Positions 47,529 through 54,949 of a stretch of 64,000 bases of DNA are shown piece by piece. The position numbers were made by a program, and so were the translations under genes. The first letter of the stretch is position 1. Each line of letters starts with the position of its first letter. The notes under the pieces are model-generated. The model saw only the letters and a program-made list of their open reading frames with translations, had not been told where the DNA came from and made no database searches. The stretch comes from Escherichia phage OliverMaurmann_Bas86, in sequence record PQ850622.1. One strand, given 5' to 3'.

Positions 47529-48746
47529 CTATTTATTAAAGAATAATTTTTCCATAATGGTTTCCCACTCTTCTGAGGGGAGGGTTGAGAACCCGTTTCC
47601 GTGAAGCCTGTTTGTCATGCAACTAATAATATTGTACATGTTGTAGCTTCGGGTGGATTCTGTTCCATTGTTCCAGTTATAACCGAAAACAATTTTATCG
47701 AAGGAGGTTTTATCCGTAGTTACTTCTCGGATGAACTCAACCAAGAGCGATTTCTCTGTGATGACCGCACGTTCACCATCTGGCAGATTACAATACTGAG
47801 GAAGAAGGATTGGTAAGAACATCGAATTGTTCACTCGACAATCGCGCACACCTTCACTGCGATAGATTAGGCTTGAGAAGTCTTCATCACGCAGGTGTCC
47901 TTCACCTTCAGTGTATTCACACTGTCGCCATTTGGTCTGGCGAGGTTCAACCATTGTACTACCAACGCCTACTGTATACAGAGACGCTTGGAAGATACAT
48001 GAATCGTAATCATTCCCTGTTAAAGCAACTTGCTCATTGCCGAACACATCCACTGAAGAGTTGATCAGTCGGCTGAATGCAAGAGAGGCTAAAGGGGACC
48101 AACCTTTCTTATACATCTTGTTCAACATTTCATACACAGCAGATTTTTCATCATCTGTATAGAATGTACGATTCAGCATCAGATAGAACAGAGCGCGATC
48201 AGCAGGACAACCATCAGTACAAACACCCATGAATCCTACTTCATGCCATACCAGACATGAGTCAGAATCCTTATCCATGAATGCTTCAAAGGCTTCCATT
48301 ACAGCCCTGTCAGTAACATCAGGACGGTTGTTTTCTTCTGCCCATGTTTCTACATGAGAAGGAGGACGAGGGTCTCCATTCTCCACCCCTTCGCGGAAAT
48401 ATTGAGTGGTAATAGGCTTTTTATCACCATAACGTTTTACACCATAAGCGGGAAGGTGTGTACCAGAGTTCCAGATGTACTTAATTTCGGACATAGGCAT
48501 CATGTTTTCAAGAACGTTCTCTTCAGCAGTGCCTTGACGAACCATCATATTTTCACTCCACACCTTAATGCGGATATTCCAGCCGTAGTTGCTGTCATAC
48601 GTGTTATAATAATCAGGATCACCATCTTCATCTTCATCATAATCACCACCCTGATAGTAACCTGCTTTCAGGAAACCATAACAAGGAGGCCAGATGGTTA
48701 CAACATCATCTGATTCTTTCCAGCTTTGAAGTGTTACAGGGAACAT
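47529..48746 (-). CDS. Hypothetical protein of the amidoligase cluster
   Basis: 405-aa ORF. Acidic D/E/Y-rich insert near the N-terminus. Confidence 0.55.
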   Translation of the reverse strand: MFPVTLQSWKESDDVVTIWPPCYGFLKAGYYQGGDYDEDEDGDPDYYNTYDSNYGWNIRIKVWSENMMVRQGTAEENVLENMMPMSEIKYIWNSGTHLPAYGVKRYGDKKPITTQYFREGVENGDPRPPSHVETWAEENNRPDVTDRAVMEAFEAFMDKDSDSCLVWHEVGFMGVCTDGCPADRALFYLMLNRTFYTDDEKSAVYEMLNKMYKKGWSPLASLAFSRLINSSVDVFGNEQVALTGNDYDSCIFQASLYTVGVGSTMVEPRQTKWRQCEYTEGEGHLRDEDFSSLIYRSEGVRDCRVNNSMFLPILLPQYCNLPDGERAVITEKSLLVEFIREVTTDKTSFDKIVFGYNWNNGTESTRSYNMYNIISCMTNRLHGNGFSTLPSEEWETIMEKLFFNK

Positions 48747-48757
48747 CTTTTACCTCT

Positions 48758-49120
48758 TTACTCTGCTACCAAAAGGCTCAGAGATTTGCGAATGTAGTCA
48801 ATACTACGGAAGTTTCGATAGTTCTCTTGGAAGCGCATTTTTTCAAACTCTGCTTCCTGAAGCTCTACCTCTGCTGCTTTATATCCTGATAAAGCTAAAC
48901 TTACCACATCCTGAGGTAAGGTATTACGACGGCGAATAAGATATTTATTCGCTTTTAGTTTACCTTGTGCACGAGCCATTTTGGCCTTTGCCGCCTTGAT
49001 ACCATGAGAAATCCAAAGCAGTTGCTGTTTCAGATCTTCCTCATCCATACCACCTAAATCATTTGCTACTTTATGAAGCGTAGACAGGTTCACATGGCCT
49101 TTAATGGGGCGTAGGTTCAT
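48758..49120 (-). CDS. Hypothetical helical protein
   Basis: 120-aa ORF. Confidence 0.5.
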   Translation of the reverse strand: MNLRPIKGHVNLSTLHKVANDLGGMDEEDLKQQLLWISHGIKAAKAKMARAQGKLKANKYLIRRRNTLPQDVVSLALSGYKAAEVELQEAEFEKMRFQENYRNFRSIDYIRKSLSLLVAE

Positions 49121-49284
49121 AACTTCTCCTGTTTGTCACATTGATTGGTTAGCCAGTTGTAAGACCCTCTGTTATTCTTGCTTAACTCGCAAGATGCAAA
49201 AGAGTACATCCTGACAAACCCCACAGTGGCTAAGCAAATAAAGATTGCTGCCAATAAGAATTTAGCTTTCAACTTATTATCCAT
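49117..49284 (-). CDS. Small membrane-anchored protein (55 aa, below track cutoff)
   Basis: MDNKLKAKFLLAAIFICLATVGFV.. RBS agagg. The TGA overlaps the next ATG. Confidence 0.45.
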   Translation of the reverse strand: MDNKLKAKFLLAAIFICLATVGFVRMYSFASCELSKNNRGSYNWLTNQCDKQEKL

Positions 49285-49304
49285 ACAACCTCTTCTTTGA
49301 ACTT

Positions 49305-49329
49305 AAAAAAGGACTCTCATAAGAGAGCC
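49305..49329 (-). terminator. Rho-independent terminator
   Basis: Minus strand reads GGCTCTC-ttat-GAGAGTCC followed by TTTTTT. Confidence 0.8.
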
Positions 49330-49392
49330 AAGCTTTAAGGCCAATTAAATAGATATCACCCAATATCTGTGGATAACCTGCTCTTAAAATAT

Positions 49393-49525
49393 TCTATCCG
49401 ACGGATGTTCGAGGATTATTCCTCTCCCTAGCATCGGCCCCATACGGGAAAGATTAAATTAAGATTAGGTTAGTTGAGCCAGAATAGCTCACATAGCCCT
49501 CTGATACTCACGAGGGCTATAGATG
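49393..49525 (-). repeat. Conserved structured non-coding element, copy 1
   Basis: Aligns with 53929-54055. Contains stop-proximal hairpin ATAGCCCTC/GAGGGCTAT (49493-49520) and inner hairpin GAGGA-ttat-TCCTC (49411-24). Confidence 0.6.
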
Positions 49526-49777
49526 TTACTCTGTATCTCCGTCGAAGCGGAGGATTGCTGTCGGAACAGGAATAACTGCCATGTCAATCTCTAAACGGAA
49601 GAGATGACCTGTGCTCAACTGAACTGCTGTTACCGGCTTAGCGATACCAGCAACAGAGGCAGAAGGGATTCGGATAAAGAATTCCCCCGGATATTCAACC
49701 GAACGAAACACATCTCCCGGTGTCATATCTTTTACTTGAACAGTAGGCTCAGGAGGTGTTTTATTGGAAATTTGCAT
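49526..49777 (-). CDS. Small protein, PGDxF paralog family member 1
   Basis: ..DMTPGDVFR..L.TGHLFRL..VIPVP. Confidence 0.55.
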   Translation of the reverse strand: MQISNKTPPEPTVQVKDMTPGDVFRSVEYPGEFFIRIPSASVAGIAKPVTAVQLSTGHLFRLEIDMAVIPVPTAILRFDGDTE

Positions 49778-50010
49778 TACAAACCTTTCTTAGCACGATC
49801 TTTGGCAGTCTTGCCAGTGCGAATACGGTGGGAAACATTAACCAGTTCGCCGCCTTCGACGATGGTTACGCTTTTATTTTTCGCAATATCGAATACAGTC
49901 TTCTCTGTACCGCCCAGACGAATCTGTTTAGGTTCGCTGTGGGTCTGAGTTGATTTAGACTGGAACTGGAACGGCTGACGGATGGCATCAATTGCGCTAA
50001 CTTTAGACAT
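49777..50010 (-). CDS. Small basic hypothetical protein
   Basis: 77-aa ORF whose stop overlaps the next start. Confidence 0.5.
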   Translation of the reverse strand: MSKVSAIDAIRQPFQFQSKSTQTHSEPKQIRLGGTEKTVFDIAKNKSVTIVEGGELVNVSHRIRTGKTAKDRAKKGL

Positions 50011-50037
50011 GCTTTATTACCTTACATTAAAGAGAGA

Positions 50038-50451
50038 TTAAACAACAAATTGGAACGCTTCGTATCCAAACTTGTATGAGAAGTCATGCTTGAATTTCAC
50101 TACACGACCACGATCACGGAAAGATTTCAGACGACTAATAAAGCCAGCCATCGGCTCAGGGTCAATAGGGCTACGAATCTTCATAGCTACAGAGTGCAGC
50201 TTGAAGCGTTTACCAGTGCTACAGGCCATCATCACATACTCCATACGAGTAGTCCAGATGTTGAGCACCATGCTTGTTTTCTCCGCTGACCAACCAGTCT
50301 TGCGGGCGATTTCTTTATGGACATTAAGCTCCAAAGGAAGAGGGAATTGCTTGTTGAATGAAGCCGGATATAGCTTGACCAGAAGGTCAATGTTTTCTTT
50401 ATACGTTAAGTAAGCCAATTTCTTGCTTACGTTAGGGAATTTCCCAGACAT
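50038..50451 (-). CDS. ProQ/FinO-domain RNA-binding protein candidate
   Basis: LYPASFNKQFPLPLELNVHKEI..SAEKTSMVLNIWTTRMEYV..GKRFKLHS parallels E. coli ProQ FPHCF..RPLKIGIFQDL..LRSALRLYTSSWRYL..GATRVDLDG. Confidence 0.65.
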   Translation of the reverse strand: MSGKFPNVSKKLAYLTYKENIDLLVKLYPASFNKQFPLPLELNVHKEIARKTGWSAEKTSMVLNIWTTRMEYVMMACSTGKRFKLHSVAMKIRSPIDPEPMAGFISRLKSFRDRGRVVKFKHDFSYKFGYEAFQFVV

Positions 50452-50629
50452 TTTTTGAAGCTCCAAAACAGCGCCGAAAAGAGAGGCGTCATAGTAGCTA
50501 AAGGGAGGAGAGAAGAGGGCTTATTTACTTGCCTTTTTCTGTCCGTTAATGTACCAGAGAACTGAGCCATCAGGCTGTCGCTGACCGAAGCCTTTCAGGT
50601 TAACCATTTCTTCTTCAGAGTAGGCACGT

Positions 50630-50893
50630 TTATTCACTGATCTTCTCCACTAAATCCAGAGTTGCCGATTCAAACACAACACCAACTGGCATACTAGGTG
50701 CCATATTACGAACGTATCCACTCTGCATAGACACGGCTCGAGAGTATTCAGAACCGTTAGAGCTTTTGTTTACCTTCATGTAAAGGGTTTGTTCTTTATC
50801 TTCTTTCAGAGTAAAGAAAGAGCCGGGAAGAAGCCCCTGAACAGTCAGAGGGATATCTGCAACATGAGTCTTATTGATAGTAAGAACTGTCAT
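50630..50893 (-). CDS. Small protein, PGDxF paralog family member 2 (divergent)
   Basis: ..GLLPGSFFTL..LYMKV.. Confidence 0.5.
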   Translation of the reverse strand: MTVLTINKTHVADIPLTVQGLLPGSFFTLKEDKEQTLYMKVNKSSNGSEYSRAVSMQSGYVRNMAPSMPVGVVFESATLDLVEKISE

Positions 50894-50896
50894 TGC

Positions 50897-51151
50897 TTAT
50901 TCCTTAATAGTTGCTTCAGCTTTAATAGGAATAACAGCAACATCTTTACGAGGTGCTGTCGCTCGGCCCGTATTAAGACAGGCTACAAGTCTGTGCTCAT
51001 CCGCACCCTTAATACAGAGTCGAGTAGAGAACTCGGTAGACAATAAGATGTACAAATCATCATCTTCACTATTAGGGAACATGAAGCAATCCCCGAGTCG
51101 TAAAGCACTGAGAGGTATTGCATTCTTACCTGCTGGTTTGTTAACTTTCAT
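50897..51151 (-). CDS. Small protein, PGDxF paralog family member 3
   Basis: ..LRLGDCFMF..LYILL..VAVIPI. Confidence 0.5.
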   Translation of the reverse strand: MKVNKPAGKNAIPLSALRLGDCFMFPNSEDDDLYILLSTEFSTRLCIKGADEHRLVACLNTGRATAPRKDVAVIPIKAEATIKE

Positions 51152-51427
51152 TTAACCACCTTTAGTTATGGACCGATTTATGAGAGAACTCTTGGAAGAA
51201 TGCTTTCATAAATAGGGGGAGGGGACGAATCCTCCCATATCCTATTAATTAATATTGCATGTAAGATCTAACAATTCGATGCTGTAGTGGATAGCGTAAA
51301 ACGCTTACCGGCATTAAACCCAGCCCATGAGGGGCTTATGTGAATAAAATGCTCAACATTGAGCGGTTAGTTGATAGGAGATCTGAAGTCCTATCTCAAA
51401 GGACTCTCGTAAGAATCCTTCACGATA

Positions 51428-51694
51428 TTACTTAGTAACAAAGACTGTCACCTTATCCATTACCCAGCCTATCAACATAAGTAAAGGTAAGAAGAGGATA
51501 AAGATCAGCATAAAAGGCCAGAAGAATATCACCGTCCAAATAGAGTATTCATCAGGCTTACCACTCCACGAGGAATGGAAGAAGTTGTAGAGTGTATTGG
51601 TTTTGAAGCACCACTTAACTACAATGGCTGCCAACCACCAACCAATAACATAAATCAGGAGGACATACGCTGCTGTAACCATTGACCGTTCCAT
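51428..51694 (-). CDS. Integral membrane protein (3 TMD)
   Basis: Hydrophobic stretches AAYVLLIYVIGWWLAAIVV and IWTVIFFWPFMLIFILFLPLLMLIGWV. Confidence 0.55.
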   Translation of the reverse strand: MERSMVTAAYVLLIYVIGWWLAAIVVKWCFKTNTLYNFFHSSWSGKPDEYSIWTVIFFWPFMLIFILFLPLLMLIGWVMDKVTVFVTK

Positions 51695-51909
51695 TGATAG
51701 TTGCGAGTGACCACGTTTCCGTGGATAAGAAAGTGCTGTCGACGAAGGGTATCTTTAACGTTGTAATAGGCAGCGTTTCCAAGATGGCCTTCTTTGATAA
51801 GCCAACGCAGGTTGCGAATACCAACTAACAACATAAGTACTTGTTGCTTGTATGAAGTTTGAGCTGCTGTTTCAAGTAGAGCTTTCGTATCAGAATAATG
51901 ACCGGACAT
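51655..51909 (-). CDS. Hypothetical protein
   Basis: 84-aa ORF. Confidence 0.45.
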   Translation of the reverse strand: MSGHYSDTKALLETAAQTSYKQQVLMLLVGIRNLRWLIKEGHLGNAAYYNVKDTLRRQHFLIHGNVVTRNYQWNGQWLQQRMSS

Positions 51910-51910
51910 A

Positions 51911-52237
51911 TCACCACTCCTTACCTGTTGTTGTCACAGAGCCACCACACAGCTCACCACGGGAGATGAAGTCATAACGTGACCAATCACCTTGGGTAGC
52001 CATATCACGCTTTGCATAAGCCTTCTCGTCAACAGCACCGCCATTGGAACAAGAAGCACCAGCATAATGCATATCAATTTCTCCACTAGGAATCTTCTCT
52101 CCGCTATGCCAACGGGAAACACAGACACCTTCTACAGATAATGCACACCATCCATCAGGACGATGCTGTACGCAGCCTGTAAGAGCTACACAGGCGATAA
52201 AGATACAGGTTAAGGTAATTACACCACCCCAACTCAT
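51911..52237 (-). CDS. Lipoprotein
   Basis: ITLTCIFIACVALTGCVQH contains the lipobox LTGC. Confidence 0.6.
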   Translation of the reverse strand: MSWGGVITLTCIFIACVALTGCVQHRPDGWCALSVEGVCVSRWHSGEKIPSGEIDMHYAGASCSNGGAVDEKAYAKRDMATQGDWSRYDFISRGELCGGSVTTTGKEW

Positions 52238-52374
52238 GATCCCTCCTGAAGCGCCTTACGGCGGCTATCTCGCCAAGCCATCCATAGGTAGGTTTTAAGT
52301 TCTTCTCTTTCTTCTTCTCTGAACAAAGGAGAAGTAAAGATATCATCGAACCACTCATTAAACTCAGGGGTCAT
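52234..52374 (-). CDS. Small acidic protein (46 aa, below track cutoff)
   Basis: Strong RBS aggaggg. MTPEFNEWFDDIFTSPLFREEEREELKTYLWMAWRDSRRKALQEGS. The TGA overlaps the next ATG. Preferred over track ORF 52155..52358. Confidence 0.55.
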   Translation of the reverse strand: MTPEFNEWFDDIFTSPLFREEEREELKTYLWMAWRDSRRKALQEGS

Positions 52375-52392
52375 AAACCCTCCTACGTTGAT

Positions 52393-52470
52393 TGGTGCAC
52401 CCTACAGGATTCGAACCTGTAACCGACGACTTAGAAGGTCGCTACTCTAATCCAATTGAGCTAAGGGTGC
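52393..52470 (-). tRNA. tRNA-Arg (anticodon UCU), CCA encoded
   Basis: Minus strand reads GCACCCTTAGCTCAATTGGATTAGAGTAGCGACCTTCTAAGTCGTCGGTTACAGGTTCGAATCCTGTAGGGTGCACCA. 7-bp acceptor stem GCACCCT/AGGGTGC, anticodon loop CTTCTAA, T-loop GGTTCGAATCC. Confidence 0.9.
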
Positions 52471-52479
52471 TAGATTTAT

Positions 52480-52689
52480 TTAACTAAAGATACGAATGGC
52501 TACATCGTGACCAATATGACCGGGAACTTTATGCTGCTCTATTTTCAGACAGCGCTTACAGATACGAGATACACGAGACTCTTTTCTCTCGACTGGAGTG
52601 TCTTTTGCGTGAGTGATTTGAAGGTTTTCAGTGATCACCCACTCATGTTTACACTCAGAATCTTCGGGCTTTTTCTTACGAAAGAACAT
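52480..52689 (-). CDS. Small zinc-ribbon protein (family with 52698, 52872, 62203)
   Basis: ATG at 52689. ..CKHEW..CKRC.. Confidence 0.5.
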   Translation of the reverse strand: MFFRKKKPEDSECKHEWVITENLQITHAKDTPVERKESRVSRICKRCLKIEQHKVPGHIGHDVAIRIFS

Positions 52690-52697
52690 AACACCTC

Positions 52698-52862
52698 TTA
52701 GATCAGATCTGTTTTCTTGTGCAGACCACACACTTTACAGCGAGAGTAGATACGCAACCCTTGTCGCTCTCTGTCAGTAAGTTTATTTGTGATCGTCAGT
52801 TCATAAGTAGAAAGATCTTCCCACTCATGGAAATGAAATAGACGTTTGAACCATTTGATCAT
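52698..52862 (-). CDS. Small zinc-ribbon protein (54 aa, below track cutoff)
   Basis: MIKWFKRLFHFHEWEDLS..RCKVCGLHKK. RBS aaggaa. Confidence 0.5.
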   Translation of the reverse strand: MIKWFKRLFHFHEWEDLSTYELTITNKLTDRERQGLRIYSRCKVCGLHKKTDLI

Positions 52863-52871
52863 AATGATTCC

Positions 52872-53018
52872 TTAGATTATGTCACGACGACTAACTTCAC
52901 CACACACCTTACACTGGATAACGTAACGTACGCCCCTTGCATCTCCACAGATCAGCGGACGGGTGTCGATAATCTTCCAATCATGACAATGGAAGACACG
53001 CTTTAGCCACTTAATCAT
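52872..53018 (-). CDS. Small zinc-ribbon protein (48 aa, below track cutoff)
   Basis: MIKWLKRVFHCHDWKIID..QCKVCGEVS. Paralog of 52698..52862. Confidence 0.5.
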   Translation of the reverse strand: MIKWLKRVFHCHDWKIIDTRPLICGDARGVRYVIQCKVCGEVSRRDII

Positions 53019-53019
53019 A

Positions 53020-53277
53020 TTAAGCACACGCCGGTAGTTCAATTAACTGAGGAGTACGACAAGGACCGTCTTCATACACACCAACCAACGTTGGCATGTA
53101 AGGCCCAGCGCACTGGTATTCGTCGAACAGTTCATTGTAAGTAGGCTTCCACTTCCAAGCCCACACATAACCCATTCGGTCAATGGCAATGTAACGAGTG
53201 TTCAGAGGAACTTGCATCATTACATCACCAACTGCTATTACTTTCGTAATAACTGCTGCTCGGAAGTTTGTCTTCAT
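53020..53277 (-). CDS. Hypothetical protein
   Basis: 85-aa ORF. Confidence 0.5.
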   Translation of the reverse strand: MKTNFRAAVITKVIAVGDVMMQVPLNTRYIAIDRMGYVWAWKWKPTYNELFDEYQCAGPYMPTLVGVYEDGPCRTPQLIELPACA

Positions 53278-53525
53278 GGTGATTTAATCTCAATCTGAAC
53301 ATTGACAACAAATACAGTATGGTTTGCACTGTACACCGAAGTGCCGATGATTGGCTTATCATCACTGAGGATTTCAACAGCGTGATCGAGGTTGATCTTC
53401 AGATGAAGACGACCTGATTCCATGAAGAAATCACCAGCACGTATCTCACCGAACTTAGCTGGCACACCGATAGAAGGTATCAGTATGTCAGTGCGACCTT
53501 TACGGTCAAATAAACGATTGAACAT
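53274..53525 (-). CDS. Small protein, PGDxF paralog family member 4
   Basis: ATG at 53525 behind gagagg, downstream of terminator 53569-99. ..IRAGDFFM..LHLKI.. Confidence 0.5.
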   Translation of the reverse strand: MFNRLFDRKGRTDILIPSIGVPAKFGEIRAGDFFMESGRLHLKINLDHAVEILSDDKPIIGTSVYSANHTVFVVNVQIEIKSP

Positions 53526-53568
53526 ATCAACCTCTCTTGTTAGTTTAAGTAAGAGTTGTCCCTTAATT

Positions 53569-53599
53569 AAAACAACAAAGGCCACCCCGAAGGGCAGCC
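53569..53599 (-). terminator. Rho-independent terminator
   Basis: Minus strand reads GGCTGCCC-ttcg-GGGTGGCC followed by TTTGTTGTTTT. Confidence 0.7.
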
Positions 53600-53608
53600 C
53601 ATTATTAA

Positions 53609-53749
53609 TTATCCACCGTAGAACCAATCACCTTGACGCTTACGGATGTTAGTTGTCAGACGAAGCATGGCAGACTCAATCTTCAGAGCACCATTTGCTA
53701 CTGCATCCATACGTTCAGGACGGTTCATACGTTTGGTTGTCTTCTTCAT
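53609..53749 (-). CDS. Small basic protein (46 aa from ATG 53749)
   Basis: MKKTTKRMNRPERMD.. The upstream part of track ORF 53609..53884 overlaps a hairpin-rich non-coding stretch. Confidence 0.4.
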   Translation of the reverse strand: MKKTTKRMNRPERMDAVANGALKIESAMLRLTTNIRKRQGDWFYGG

Positions 53750-53788
53750 ATCGTTCTCTCTTTGTTGGTGGAGGCAGGTTTGCCAGTT

Positions 53789-53822
53789 AATATAAAGGGA
53801 AGCCCTACACGTTAAGGCTTCC
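53789..53822 (-). terminator. Terminator-like hairpin
   Basis: Minus strand reads GGAAGCC-N11-GGCTTCC followed by CTTTATATT. Confidence 0.45.
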
Positions 53823-53928
53823 GCTTGTACAAACTGTCGAGAACTCTCTACCCCTAGATTGTTCTCTATCCCAAACCGATACATACCCCTACATATCGGA
53901 AAGCTGTTCGAAAATTAACAGGTTTTAG

Positions 53929-54055
53929 TCTATCACCGGATGTTTGAGACAAGTCTCGCCCTAGCGGTGAGCCATATGGCGTTGAGATTATAGTTAATTG
54001 AGGAACACCCTCACATAGCCCTCTGATAGACACAAGGGCTATAAGTCGATGTTAC
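53929..54055 (-). repeat. Conserved structured non-coding element, copy 2
   Basis: Aligns with 49393-49525. Stop-proximal hairpin at 54015-54042. The inner hairpin is GAGAC-aa-GTCTC (53946-57), a compensatory change relative to copy 1. Confidence 0.6.
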
Positions 54056-54286
54056 TTAACCATTGATATGAGTTACTTGAACATCAGGTACAGGGATAAC
54101 TTCATGGTCTTCCTGTAATTGGAACAGTGTCCCCTGACTAAGACCAACCACACGATGCATATCGTTAAGTCTAGTGTCTGTCTTTAGGTAGACATTTTCA
54201 GAGTTAGTTGGTAAACGGAACACATCGCCCGGACGTAACTCACTGAGCTTTTTAGTAACAACTACAGAGAAGAGATTAATTTTCAT
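54056..54286 (-). CDS. Small protein, PGDxF paralog family member 5
   Basis: ..LRPGDVFRL..VYLKT..GTLFQL..VIPVP. Confidence 0.55.
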   Translation of the reverse strand: MKINLFSVVVTKKLSELRPGDVFRLPTNSENVYLKTDTRLNDMHRVVGLSQGTLFQLQEDHEVIPVPDVQVTHING

Positions 54287-54474
54287 TTGATTAACACCAA
54301 ATCAGTACGACGTTCGAAGGAAGGGGAGGATTCACCATTCCACTGAACAAGATAACAGAGAACACCATCAATCGTTGTTCTCCGACGAATAACACCTGTA
54401 ACAGTTCCACCAACAAGGCGAACGGTGTCGCCAACGGTAAATTTAACCTTTGAGCGCATCTCCTGTTTCCTCAT
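54283..54474 (-). CDS. Small SH3/KOW-like protein (start uncertain)
   Basis: ..KFTVGDTVRLVGGTVTGVIRRR..YLVQWNGE. The long track ORF to 54612 overlaps the upstream gene. Confidence 0.4.
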   Translation of the reverse strand: MRKQEMRSKVKFTVGDTVRLVGGTVTGVIRRRTTIDGVLCYLVQWNGESSPSFERRTDLVLIK

Positions 54475-54748
54475 TCTGGCGTTTAATTTCTTCAGTGAGT
54501 TGCTTATTAAGATCTTGAATACGCTTAATCTCCCAACCCAAAGAAGCCAAACGATCGTTACGTGCTTCGATTTGTTCCTGCATTTTAAGTAATTTGGAAC
54601 GAACATCAGCATTAAAAACTTCTTCTTGCTTAAGAAGGAACTCGTAACGACGCTTCCAGCTTGCTGATTTATTTCTTAAAACAATAAACCCTAGAGTAGA
54701 AACCGTTACAGTGAGTACGAAAAGGAACTTATAAACCTCTAAAGACAT
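54443..54748 (-). CDS. Membrane-anchored coiled-coil protein
   Basis: N-terminal TMD FLFVLTVTVSTLGFIVL followed by a charged helix. Confidence 0.55.
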   Translation of the reverse strand: MSLEVYKFLFVLTVTVSTLGFIVLRNKSASWKRRYEFLLKQEEVFNADVRSKLLKMQEQIEARNDRLASLGWEIKRIQDLNKQLTEEIKRQNEETGDALKG

Positions 54749-54949
54749 ATCTTTATCCTCTTAAAGTAAGATATTATAAGAAATATTATTTAGAATTTAT
54801 TATTTCTAAACTTAATTTCTATCAATAATTTTCAGAGGTCTATATACAGTCATTACCTCTGGTCCCAAATCACTTCCACTTTTTACAGAGAAAATCATAA
54901 GTGTGTGATTTATAAGGAAATTTAGTTTGTCAATATTGGCACCTATGAA

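Noticed and set aside
18177-48713. Plus-strand ORFs of 60-170 aa scattered through the minus-strand gene block (for example 19942..20226, 36281..36640, 39800..40315, 42412..42870, 44714..45106, 48354..48713)
   Set aside because: All lie antisense to longer ORFs that bear recognisable motifs and are tightly coupled. No independent RBS or promoter evidence supports them.
52155-52358. Track ORF 52155..52358 (67 aa)
   Set aside because: The 46-aa frame 52234..52374 has a strong AGGAGGG RBS and a stop that overlaps the next ATG. The 67-aa frame has neither feature.
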